Assembly (NCBI GenBank): GCA_964396715.1
Contig: CAYNFQ010000002.1
Span: 2,234 to 66,233, forward strand
Length of the DNA: 64,000 bases
Source: an uncultured Gammaproteobacteria bacterium
Lineage (GTDB): Bacteria > Patescibacteriota > Microgenomatia > Daviesbacterales > UBA10151
Direction: 5' to 3'
Below are positions 19,196 through 28,200 of the stretch, in pieces. The notes below the pieces were generated by a model. It saw only the letters and a program-made list of their open reading frames with translations. It was not told where the DNA came from and ran no database searches. A program made the position numbers and the translations under genes. How positions within the stretch are numbered: position 1 is the stretch's first letter; every line of letters starts with the position of its first letter.

Positions 19196-20214
19196 CCTAC
19201 TGCCTCCTTTGCTGTGATTGTCAAAGGTGAGATCACCTGTCCTGTTAGTTCAATTTGCAAGACATCAAAACCGAAAGTATCTTTTTCCAATTCAATTTTA
19301 TAGGTGCCGTTTGGCAAAGGCGTTGCCCCTGAGAATTGGCCCAATTTGTTAGTTTTTAAGGCTCGGACAGGCAACCCTTCTTTATCGTAAATAACCACCA
19401 CCACGCCTTCCAGGGAGTTTCCGCGGGCATCCTTGATAATGCCGTTAATCACATTGGGAAAAGAAGTCAGGGCAATTTGGGTCGCTTTGCTTTTTTGTGG
19501 GGTGATAACTTTTACCTCAGGTTTGGCCATAGGCACAGGTATGGTTTGAGATTTTAGCTCCTCCTCGCCGACAGTTTCCAGTTGTTGTTTAATCTGCGAT
19601 GCCTGGTTGACCAAATTTTGCAAATCAGCCAAAACCTGGTTGACCTGCCCACTGTAATCAACAGGGATAGGTTTTGGTTTTTGCGCTTCTTCCCTGATAT
19701 GACTTAAGGTCCGTTCGGTTTGGATGATCTTCCATTGCAAATTTTGTGCCTCTTTTGCCAAATCAACAGTTTTTTTCAGATCATCCGCAGTAGGTATGGG
19801 TTCTGGCGGTATGACAGCCTGGCTGGGGACGGTGGTGGCTTCAGCCGGAGCTGGGGGATAAAGACCGGAAACATAGGTGACAAAGCGAGAACCAAACAGC
19901 GGGTCATTAACAGCAGTTTTGTTGTTTTTCTGCCAGACTCTTTTGGTGGGAGAATAAACAGCTTTTAAAAATGCCCCCAGCCAATAATCCAGAGGTCTTG
20001 AATTTATAGGCAAAAAAGCAAACGCAAAGCCCAAAGAGGCGGAAATTACAATCAGCGGCCAGGCAATTAAGGGATAGGCAGAGGAGACAAACACAAACAA
20101 AACATAGGCAATAGTTGAACCTGCTGCCAGATACATAAATTGTTTTAAGGTCATATCCCCGATCAGATGAAACTCAAAAGTGGTCACATTTTGCGGAATA
20201 GGATGCGGTTCCAT
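19192..20214 (-). CDS. VirB3/PrgI-like membrane protein fused to C-terminal carboxypeptidase-regulatory-like beta-sandwich domain
   Basis: N-terminal two-TM PrgI-like segment (FEFHLIGDMTLKQFMYLAAGSTIAYVLF). C-terminal GVVVVIYDKEGLPV...GTYKIELEKDTFGF CarbopepD_reg-like domain. ATGA overlap with the downstream VirB4-N ORF. Confidence 0.5.
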   Translation of the reverse strand: MEPHPIPQNVTTFEFHLIGDMTLKQFMYLAAGSTIAYVLFVFVSSAYPLIAWPLIVISASLGFAFAFLPINSRPLDYWLGAFLKAVYSPTKRVWQKNNKTAVNDPLFGSRFVTYVSGLYPPAPAEATTVPSQAVIPPEPIPTADDLKKTVDLAKEAQNLQWKIIQTERTLSHIREEAQKPKPIPVDYSGQVNQVLADLQNLVNQASQIKQQLETVGEEELKSQTIPVPMAKPEVKVITPQKSKATQIALTSFPNVINGIIKDARGNSLEGVVVVIYDKEGLPVRALKTNKLGQFSGATPLPNGTYKIELEKDTFGFDVLQIELTGQVISPLTITAKEAVG

Positions 20215-20270
20215 TAGGTAGGGTATAGCGTATAGAGAATAGGGTATAGTTGAATCTTCATAACTATAAG

Positions 20271-20660
20271 CTAAACGCTACTGACTAAACGCTTACTAAT
20301 ACCTCCTTTCTCTCTGTATACCATGACGCATAACATCTTGATGACTTCTAATAGTAATTCCTCCGATTTGCTAAAGCTCTCAGTTGGCGCTAACTGGAGT
20401 TCTTTAGAAATAACAAGCTGAGTATCCAATTCTAAAGCAGATCCGTAAGCAATAGCGTAAAATTGTAAGTATTCTTTATGTGATCGTCTAGCATAACCCT
20501 CTGCTATATTAGAAGGAATAGAAATTACTGCTCTGTGAATCTGTGAAATAATAACAAATTGCTCATTTCTGGGAAACAACGATGTTAATTTATATACCTC
20601 TTTGACTAATTGTATAGATTTTTGCCAGACAATTAATTCTTTATATGATTGTATTTTCAT
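20271..20660 (-). CDS. four-helix-bundle protein of the 23S rRNA intervening-sequence family (TIGR02436-like), copy 1
   Basis: WQKS...IAEGYAR...EYLQFYAIAYGSALELDTQL motif pattern; flanked by CTATACGCTAAACGC-type inverted repeats. Confidence 0.75.
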   Translation of the reverse strand: MKIQSYKELIVWQKSIQLVKEVYKLTSLFPRNEQFVIISQIHRAVISIPSNIAEGYARRSHKEYLQFYAIAYGSALELDTQLVISKELQLAPTESFSKSEELLLEVIKMLCVMVYREKGGISKRLVSSV

Positions 20661-20865
20661 AACTATACGCTAAACGCTACTCTCTATACGCTTCGTTATA
20701 CAATGTGAAAAAAATAATGGCAAGCAGCACAAAGGGGATCATTATGGGACAAATATGGTTAAATGACAAAATCCAAATGCCAAATTACAAATGAAATCTT
20801 AATTTCAAATTTTAAATTTTAGTCATTTGATATTGGAAATTTGAAATTCTTATGTTATTCTTAAT

Positions 20866-21053
20866 TTGTGGTGCACTAGTCCGATGTCATATCGGACCAA
20901 GGTGCAAAAAGGGAATCCGGTTAAAATCCGGAGCTGTGCCGCAACTGTGATTAGTTAGAGAATAGTAAATAGCGTACAGCGTTTAGTTATAAACAACTAT
21001 ACGCTAAACGCTTCTCTCTATACCCTAACTTTAAGTCAGGAGACCGACCACAA
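20866..21053 (+). ncRNA. cobalamin (B12) riboswitch
   Basis: Core AAGGGAATCCGGTTAAAATCCGGAGCTGTGCCGCAACTGTGA. B12-box-like AGTCAGGAGACCGACC. P1 candidates TTGTGGT/ACCACAA. Lies in the 5' leader of 21078..21986. Confidence 0.6.
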
Positions 21054-21077
21054 TTTAGATCCCGTAGCAGGAAAAAT

Positions 21078-21986
21078 ATGTCAGTTCAACAACTTGAAAG
21101 AGAACAATTACCAACTTTTTATTCCCAGAAAGCTGAAGAGCATGCCTCCCGTGTTTTAGAAACCCACAGGATTCCTGATCCCTATTATTTTTTAATAGAT
21201 CAAGATGGTGATTTATTTTCTCCGTCAGCACACTTAAAGGTTAGGGAGAAAATAGATACCAGTACAAGAGTAGGGATGTTGGAAGCTCAAGCATTTCAGG
21301 AGACCTCTCATTGGGCATCTGGTGCCGAAGCTGGTGCAAGTGCCTGGGTTAGCCCACCAGGACATTATCCTGTCTCCAAAATTATTATAAGCGAGATTGA
21401 GAAAGTTAATGGAGTAAAAAGGATTTTTAATAGAGCAATAGTTTTGGATATTAATGAAAGCGAGTGTTTGGATTTAGGACGAAGGCTTAGTGCTTATTCA
21501 CTAAATCAGCCGTTTTTGACCTATTCAGACCAGTTAAGAAGTACTCCAATAATATTGGACACAAAAGAAAAAAATTGGCTTGAGATTATGGAAGAGGTAA
21601 TGCCTGATTCTTTTTTGTGGGAGAGTATTAGAAGAGGGGATGAGGTGATTGCCAAACAAGCAGCTTTAGCAGAAGCAGAAAGAATTTTTGCCAAATATAG
21701 AGTGCCTGGAAGAGATCACAATGACTATGCTGATAATAGAGAGATGCAGAGGGATATGCAAAGCATGCTGGGAGATAAACCGGAAAGCTGTCCTCCCAGA
21801 CTATCTTCTGGTGCGGGGCAAACTGCTTTTCAGGTTTTTTCTGAAAACGCCTTGACATTTAGTAGTTCAGCAAACAAAGACCCTGATTTTTGCGAGGTTT
21901 GTCCTGCCTGTGAAGAAATAATTAATTGTGTTGTTAAAACAGGTAGCAGTTGTCCTAAATGCGGAGCAGTCAAAAGATGTGGTTGA
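21078..21986 (+). CDS. hypothetical protein with C-terminal CxxC...CxxC zinc-ribbon; putative B12-riboswitch-controlled gene
   Basis: 302-aa ORF with AGGA RBS; C-terminal CEVCPACEE...CPKCG motif; no recognisable family. Confidence 0.5.
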   Translation: MSVQQLEREQLPTFYSQKAEEHASRVLETHRIPDPYYFLIDQDGDLFSPSAHLKVREKIDTSTRVGMLEAQAFQETSHWASGAEAGASAWVSPPGHYPVSKIIISEIEKVNGVKRIFNRAIVLDINESECLDLGRRLSAYSLNQPFLTYSDQLRSTPIILDTKEKNWLEIMEEVMPDSFLWESIRRGDEVIAKQAALAEAERIFAKYRVPGRDHNDYADNREMQRDMQSMLGDKPESCPPRLSSGAGQTAFQVFSENALTFSSSANKDPDFCEVCPACEEIINCVVKTGSSCPKCGAVKRCG

Positions 21987-22165
21987 CAAAGTTAGCTAAG
22001 TTAGAAACTTATAGAAATTGGTAGAAATAAATGGAAATACAGTAGATATATAATAGAAATTAACTGAACAATTTTATCGCTAGTACTTACAAATCTAAAG
22101 AAAAGCAATAAATTTCAATTTATTTCGCAAACTTTGTTTGCATATTTCTATCTGTTTCCGATCTC

Positions 22166-22300
22166 TTTTGTCAGAATTTTAAGACGCGCAAGCGTCGCAA
22201 GCTCCGCTTATCAGTTTAATATCAAGCACTTCGACTACGCTCAGTGTAAACTTTTTCCAAGAATTGACACCAGGTTTGGGAAATTCTATGCTGGTTTAGC
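22166..22300 (+). repeat. dispersed promoter-bearing repeat, copy A (short variant)
   Basis: Shares ATCAGTTTAATATCAAGCAC...TGTTTGGGAAATTCTATGCTGG with three other loci. Ends in TTGACA-17nt-TATGCT. Confidence 0.7.
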
Positions 22301-22963
22301 ATTAAGTAATAATTTATTTGCCTGATTAACAAAATATTCTATCATCCCTTCTTTATTAAAAGGCACCAGTATTTTCGGGAAATCCTTCAGGTTATTTACC
22401 TCAAGAAGCATATGCGCAAAATAAAATTCGGAAAGCCCTAAATCTTTCTTTTTTGCATCCTGTAAAAGTTTATCAAATGTAAATATTTTTCTTTGAATGA
22501 TGAAATATAAATCAATAAAATCTTTAGCTTCAGTTCTCCCTAAAATAGCCGTCATTTTATTGCTACCAATATTTTCAATTGAATCAACCCTTATTCTGCC
22601 GAAATTTTTTATCTGGCCAAAATGTACAGGCTGTTCTCTGACAAAGTCAATTTTTAACTCTTTACCCTTGCCGATTAGAAAAAAAAGGTGGAAGTTTACT
22701 GTAGCCACACGATGATCCAGTTTAGTATTTGTTTGTTTTGCTATATCTGTCAATACTGCCTTAATGGAATTAACTTCAATATCCTCAAAGGTGAAAAGAT
22801 CAAGATCAATACTTCTACGGTGTTTGAAATAAAAACCTGCAAGAGCAGTACCTCCTGTCAGGAAATACTTTTTCCCTATAGTTTTTTCGAAAAAAAGATC
22901 AAGGACAGTTTGTTGTAAATTAGTGAGAGGAGTGTCTTTTTTCATCTTTATTCCATAAATCAA
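22286..22963 (-). CDS. nucleotidyltransferase AbiEii/AbiGii-family toxin (DUF1814)
   Basis: GGTALAGFYFKHRRSIDLDLF motif. Confidence 0.7.
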   Translation of the reverse strand: MIYGIKMKKDTPLTNLQQTVLDLFFEKTIGKKYFLTGGTALAGFYFKHRRSIDLDLFTFEDIEVNSIKAVLTDIAKQTNTKLDHRVATVNFHLFFLIGKGKELKIDFVREQPVHFGQIKNFGRIRVDSIENIGSNKMTAILGRTEAKDFIDLYFIIQRKIFTFDKLLQDAKKKDLGLSEFYFAHMLLEVNNLKDFPKILVPFNKEGMIEYFVNQANKLLLNAKPA

Positions 22964-23195
22964 GTGTATAATCCCATATTTTTTTGATTTGTGGACGCAC
23001 TTTTAGATAAGGAAAGTAAGTTTTTAGCTGGGATAAGGTAACATAGCGCCAGATTGTTTCATAAGGAAGATTTTCAATAATTCTCCCAATAATCCAAATC
23101 TTTTGCTTTTTTGTACCAGACTTAAGTTTGGAAAGCAATTCATTTTCAGAAAAATTATAATCCCAGAATGCCTGGGCAATAGAAACCTGTTTCAT
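22920..23195 (-). CDS. hypothetical protein in antitoxin position upstream of AbiEii (short AbiEi-like partner?)
   Basis: 91-aa ORF overlapping the AbiEii start; no clear motif. Confidence 0.3.
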   Translation of the reverse strand: MKQVSIAQAFWDYNFSENELLSKLKSGTKKQKIWIIGRIIENLPYETIWRYVTLSQLKTYFPYLKVRPQIKKIWDYTLDLWNKDEKRHSSH

Positions 23196-23244
23196 ATAAA
23201 CTATTTTATCATAAGTGAGATCATTTTGTCTTCTAGCCTCCTTT

Positions 23245-23400
23245 CCGTCAGAATTTTATCAGTTTAATATCAAGCACATTATTAGTTTATCGTTTATCGT
23301 AAGATCGTTTATTGGTAACGATATCCGATATACAAAGAGGTCCGTTTTTTCGGACCGTTACGATAAACAATTTGACACAATGTTTGGGAAATTCTATTTT
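23245..23400 (+). repeat. dispersed promoter-bearing repeat, copy B (long variant)
   Basis: About 150 bp near-identical to copy C. Nested inverted repeats GTTTATCGTAA/TTACGATAAAC, GATCGTT/AACGATATC and GGTCCG/CGGACC. Ends in TTGACA-17-TATTTT. Confidence 0.7.
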
Positions 23401-23460
23401 GGTTCTTGACACCAGTCTTAACAATATACTAAAATCCGTATACTGGTAAGTGATGAATGG

Positions 23461-23817
23461 TTGGTAGTTTTTTATGTTGAGGAAAACGGTAATGAGCCAG
23501 TAAGGAAATTTCTTAGCAGCCTTGATTTAAAAACACAAGCCAGATTTAATTGGTCAATTGAACAGTTAAAGATAAGGAATGTGACTGCTAGGGAACCATT
23601 AGTCCGCCATCTTGAGGATAAGATTTGGGAGTTGCGTGAGGAGAGCAGCACCAATATCTTCAGATTGTTGTACTTTTTCTTTACCGGCAAGCAGATTGTA
23701 TTTGTTCATGGGTTTGTTAAGAAAAAACAGAAAACTTCTCGTAGTGAGATTAAAACCGCACTTGAACGAATGAAAGATTTTAGCAAAAGGTATGCAGAAT
23801 TAGAAGAGAGGAGGTGA
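23461..23817 (+). CDS. higB: HigB/Gp49-like (RelE/ParE superfamily) toxin
   Basis: ...IWELREES..FRLLYFF.GKQIVFVHGFVKKKQKT pattern. Confidence 0.65.
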   Translation: MVVFYVEENGNEPVRKFLSSLDLKTQARFNWSIEQLKIRNVTAREPLVRHLEDKIWELREESSTNIFRLLYFFFTGKQIVFVHGFVKKKQKTSRSEIKTALERMKDFSKRYAELEERR

Positions 23818-24167
23818 ATATAATGAAAAGCAAACATAATGTAGTAATGGAAGGTAAAAAGAGTTATCGTAATTGGCAAAGGAAGCTAGTGGAAAATCCG
23901 GGCTATTCAGCTATCTATCAAGAAGAGGCTGCCAAAAAGCAGTTATGGCTACAATTGGTAGAAGCTCGCCAAAAGGTAGGGTTAACCCAGCAAGAAATGG
24001 CTAGAAGGTTAGGTGTCTCACAAGCCCAAGTGGCCAGAATTGAAAAACGTGGCTATGAAACATACACCCTGACTAGTCTTCGTCGTTATATTCAGGCGTT
24101 GGGTAAGGGGTTCTCTTTACAAGTTACTATTTATAGACCTGCAGAATATACAACAGCATACCGTTAA
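23814..24167 (+). CDS. higA: HigA-like XRE-family HTH antitoxin
   Basis: HTH LTQQEMARRLGVSQAQVARIE; overlaps the toxin stop. Confidence 0.7.
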   Translation: MNIMKSKHNVVMEGKKSYRNWQRKLVENPGYSAIYQEEAAKKQLWLQLVEARQKVGLTQQEMARRLGVSQAQVARIEKRGYETYTLTSLRRYIQALGKGFSLQVTIYRPAEYTTAYR

Positions 24168-24196
24168 AGTAAGAGCACCAGAGAATAGTTTTATCC

Positions 24197-24362
24197 TGAA
24201 ATCCGTCAGGATTTAATCAGTTTAATATCAAGCACATTATTAGTTTATCGTTTATCGTAAGATCGTTTATTGGTAACGATATCCGATATACAAAGAGGTC
24301 CGTTTTTTCGGACCGTTACGATAAACAATTTGACACAATGTTTGGGAAATTCTATGCTGGAT
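24197..24362 (+). repeat. dispersed promoter-bearing repeat, copy C (long variant)
   Basis: Near-identical to copy B; ends in TTGACA-17-TATGCT. Confidence 0.7.
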
Positions 24363-24482
24363 ATATAGCTATCAGTCATCAGACGTCAGTCGTCAGACAA
24401 AAAATCTGAAAGCTGAAGACTGAAAGCTGAAAGCTAATTTAAGGCCATGGAATTTTCCAGACGGAAATGGTAAAATTGTTTC

Positions 24483-24737
24483 ATGAATACAGTAACATTA
24501 CCAATCTCTATTATTGAAAGAGTAGAAAAAAAGCTCTATTCTGCTTTAGAGGAAGTTCGTGCGCTTAAAAGAGTAAGCTCAAGAAGAAGCTCTAAACCAG
24601 TTCATTTCTGGACAAAAGCTCAATGGGAAAAGGCAGAAAAAGAAGCTGATGAAGATATTGCTGCCGGGCGGGTAGTAGGCCCATTTAAGAGCGCTAAAGA
24701 TTTAATCGAATCCTTGCATAGAGAAGCCGGGGTTTAG
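24483..24737 (+). CDS. putative antitoxin partner of the downstream RelE-family toxin
   Basis: 84 aa, acidic C-terminus, immediately upstream of a RelE-like ORF. Confidence 0.4.
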   Translation: MNTVTLPISIIERVEKKLYSALEEVRALKRVSSRRSSKPVHFWTKAQWEKAEKEADEDIAAGRVVGPFKSAKDLIESLHREAGV

Positions 24738-24749
24738 TCAAGTATTTTA

Positions 24750-25007
24750 ATGTTTCAGTCATACTTCAGTAAAAAATTCACAAAGCAGTATTCAAAATTA
24801 CCACTTTCTACCCGGAATAAATTTGACAAACAGATTCAATATCTTCTTTCGGACTTAAGACACCCCTCTATTCATGCCAAGAAAAAGCAAGGAGAAGTAG
24901 ATGTTTGGGAAGGGAGAGTTGATAGATTTTACAGATTCACCTTTACTCTTTCGGAGGATGTAATTACTCTACGTGCAATAGGTCCACATGATGAGGCACT
25001 AGATTAA
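24750..25007 (+). CDS. RelE/ParE (YafQ-like) mRNA interferase toxin
   Basis: K.F.K.....L......KQGEVDVWEGRVDRFYRFTF...DVITLRAIGPHD pattern. Confidence 0.6.
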   Translation: MFQSYFSKKFTKQYSKLPLSTRNKFDKQIQYLLSDLRHPSIHAKKKQGEVDVWEGRVDRFYRFTFTLSEDVITLRAIGPHDEALD

Positions 25008-25039
25008 TTTCAATTTTAGCCTTAAATTCATCAGGATTT

Positions 25040-25130
25040 TGTAAGGAATAAATCAAGCAGTTTGACTCCGCTCAATGTAAACTTATCCCGGACTTGCAAA
25101 GATGTTTGGGAAATTCTATGCTGAAGTTAG
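25040..25130 (+). repeat. dispersed promoter-bearing repeat, copy D (short variant)
   Basis: Same conserved ends; TTGCAA-17-TATGCT promoter pointing into the 1391-aa ORF. Confidence 0.65.
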
Positions 25131-25272
25131 GGACTAGGGATTAGCAACTAGGGTTTAGTAAAAACAAACTATACCCTAAACCCTACACCCTATACCCAAA
25201 AAAAGGCCATGGAATTTTCCCAAGTATAATTGTAGAAAGTTATAACCTTGAGCGAAGCCGAAAGGGAAAAAT

Positions 25273-28200
25273 ATGGCAGAAAGATTAAGCATGGCAGAAG
25301 CAACATCCGGCCCAGGGCCAGAAGCTACACCTCCTGTGGGTGAGGGTCAAGCTGTCCCTCAATCATCAGGTGAATTAAGTCCTCAAAGACCCTGGCATAT
25401 CTCAAAAGAGTTTGATCCTAAAAGGACAGATTATACTTCAAGGGAAGAAGGGAACTGGAATATTTTTGTTGACCCTAAAACAAACAAAGAAGTAGCAAGG
25501 GCAATAAAAATGTCAGGAGGGGCAGATAAAGAAGATGGTGAATACTATGATGGTTCGCAAGAAAAACCAAAAGAATGGTGGCCTTTCACAGAGGATGAAT
25601 GGAAAAATCTTGACATTAAGGATAGGATAGTTGAGGCTGCAGTTTTGGCAATGCGGCATTATTATGACATGGATAATGTAGATAGAGCAGCTAAAGAAAA
25701 AGAATTTTCCATGGCCTATCAAGATTTTTCAGAATACGCTTTGGGTAAAAAACTTTATGACGGAAAAGATACCCGGGTTATTGCACTAGAGTTAGAACTG
25801 GTGAGCTTTGATAAAACAGAAATAGAAAAATATAAAGCAGATCCCGAAAAACAAGGACAGATTGAAGAAGCTCTAAATAACCTGGATGCTCTTGAACATG
25901 AGCAAGCCGGTATTCAAAATGCCTGGAAGGATTACGGCATTACAGATCAAAATAAGAATGATGATCAGTTACGCCCCCCGCATGTTGCACAAGATGAATG
26001 GAAGAAGTATTTGGAAGGAAAGGATGAGATTAAGACAAGATTAGAAGCAGCAAAACAGGCACTTGTAGCTTTAACCAGCCAGGAATTTTTCAATAAAAGA
26101 GAAAAAATCAAAATAGAAGTTGGAGATAAAGTCAAAGAATTAAAAGAAGAAATGGAGAAAAAAGAAAAGGAAGCAAAAAAAGAAGGTGTCCGGGTTGATG
26201 CAGAACAATGGGAGATAGATGCATATAAATTGGAGAAAGAATTGGAAAGAAGCTTATTACAGGGGACAGAAGTCTCTTCGGATCCAGATAAATCGGATGC
26301 TGATGTACCAGTTGAAGAAATACTTAGGTTTATAAAAGAAGAAGGAGAAAAGCCTGTTGCCGAACAATATACAACTGGTTTGGAACGGGCAAAAAAAGTT
26401 CTGGAATGGAATTTTCATGAGGCAAGAAAGCTTGGCATTCTGGAAGATTTGGAAGAAAGGTTTGAGGAAAGATATAAGGAACTGGCAACAGCCGTATTTT
26501 CCAAAAGCAGGACTGATCAGGGTGATACGGAGATTGAAACAAGAAGAGGTCCTCGTAATCTGACCATTGCCGAGATAAAAGAAACATTAGCCAGAGAAGC
26601 AGATGAGCGTAATCCGAATTCGCTCTCAAATACGGCAGAATCAGATACTTTCTGGAAATATCTTGTTAGAGACGGTCTTGTACCCGGAGACAGAGTAAAT
26701 CATTTTAAGGGCATCAGAAAAGCCTTTGTTGACGGGACATATGATCAAATATATGATTCTTTGTCTAACTTATATAATCGCTATAGAGCGGATGAGCTAA
26801 GAGGAAAATTGCAGCAGCAGTTAGACCGGGATGTAATAACTCAACAGCAATATGACAGAAGAATCAATGAAATAAACAACCCAAGAAATATACAAAGGAT
26901 ATCCGGAGAATGGGATGTCCGGAAATATGAAAGAGATATAATGGCCGGTCTGGATAATGAAGAGAGGGCAGAAGCAGGAAGGTTATTTTATATAGACAGG
27001 TATTACCTTACTTTAACAGGCACAACAGAAGCGCAGATTGAACAGGGTGTAAATAATTATCTGACAAGCATTTTGGAAGGAGCGCATGTTTATGATGTTC
27101 AAACAATAATGCAGAAAATGCAATATTTATCTCAGGCTATCATGTCAAAAAAAGATGTTCTTATGCAGTCCGGTATGTCAGCAACTGATGCCCAGGCAGC
27201 CTTAACCAGAATCAATATACTCGCAGAAAACAGGGGAGAATTCTATGTTATGAATTTTTCCGCGCAGAATCTTTTGATGGATGAATACTTTATTCCTTTA
27301 TATGATAAATGGGGGGGAGTGAAAGGGATTGAAAAACTGAAAGAGAGTTTGGATATGAATGATGGTTTAATTGCACCGTGTATGCTTTTGTTTTTAGATA
27401 AAAAGAACCGTTTATTATTTCAACCGGCCGGATTTAAAGGGCAGGGCATGAAAAATATTTGGGCCCAGAGAACCCTGCGGGATAAAATTAAAGGGCAGAT
27501 AGCAGAAGAGCTGGTAAATTTTCAGGCTAAAAAAGCCAATTCTACGGAATTGATGGAACAAGCCACATGGCAGGATTTCTTAAGAATGAAGTTTGAAAAA
27601 AGGTGGGATAAAAAAGATGAACAAGATAATAAAATATTTTTTAAACCAAAAGAGGAAACAGATGCTGCTAAAAAAGCATATCAGGCTGAATATATGCGGG
27701 TTAAAACGGCAGCAAAGCCTGAAGATTTGGAAAGTCTAAAAAGGTTAAGGGAGGAGTACACAAAACAAAAGAATAGGTACGATAGATTGTTGGATCGGGC
27801 CAAAAGCGCTGTTGAGACTACTTGGCAGGTGTTCAATATTTTTGGAGAATCAGCCCGTCTTGGTGCCCCTTCAATAATCATGCGTAACGGTGACCATATC
27901 AGCATTGAGGATGCAACTTATTTCTATAAATTCGTTCTATTGGATGCAATGAAGAAAAGCGGAGATACCCCGGCAATGATGAGGTGGAGAGCCTATCAAT
28001 GGGTTAAGAACCACAGGCAAAGCGAAAAAAATCCAGTTATAAAAGACGGTGTGACTACTTATGAATTAGTTGCAGGACTTGAAGATACAGGGATAACAAA
28101 AGGGGAATACGATGAATTTTTGAAAGCAGTTAAGGAGTTGAGGCTAAACGGTTATAAAGCAGCATTTAGGGAATACAGTTTTGAAGAAATTATCAGCAGA

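Noticed and set aside
20880-20905. Homology between riboswitch hairpin UCCGAUGUCAUAUCGGA and intron hairpin UCCGAUGUAAUAUCGGA (59845-59870)
   Set aside because: A 25-nt match with three differences is striking, but both are simple stem-loops in different RNA classes. Without more copies this could be coincidence, so it is not claimed as a shared element.
23215-23409. Small conserved protein (YQFNIKH...FGKFY) encoded by the dispersed repeat
   Set aside because: The reading frame is intact in copies A-C but is closed by a stop in copy D and lacks a start in copy C. The conservation is better explained at DNA/RNA level (nested hairpins plus promoter).
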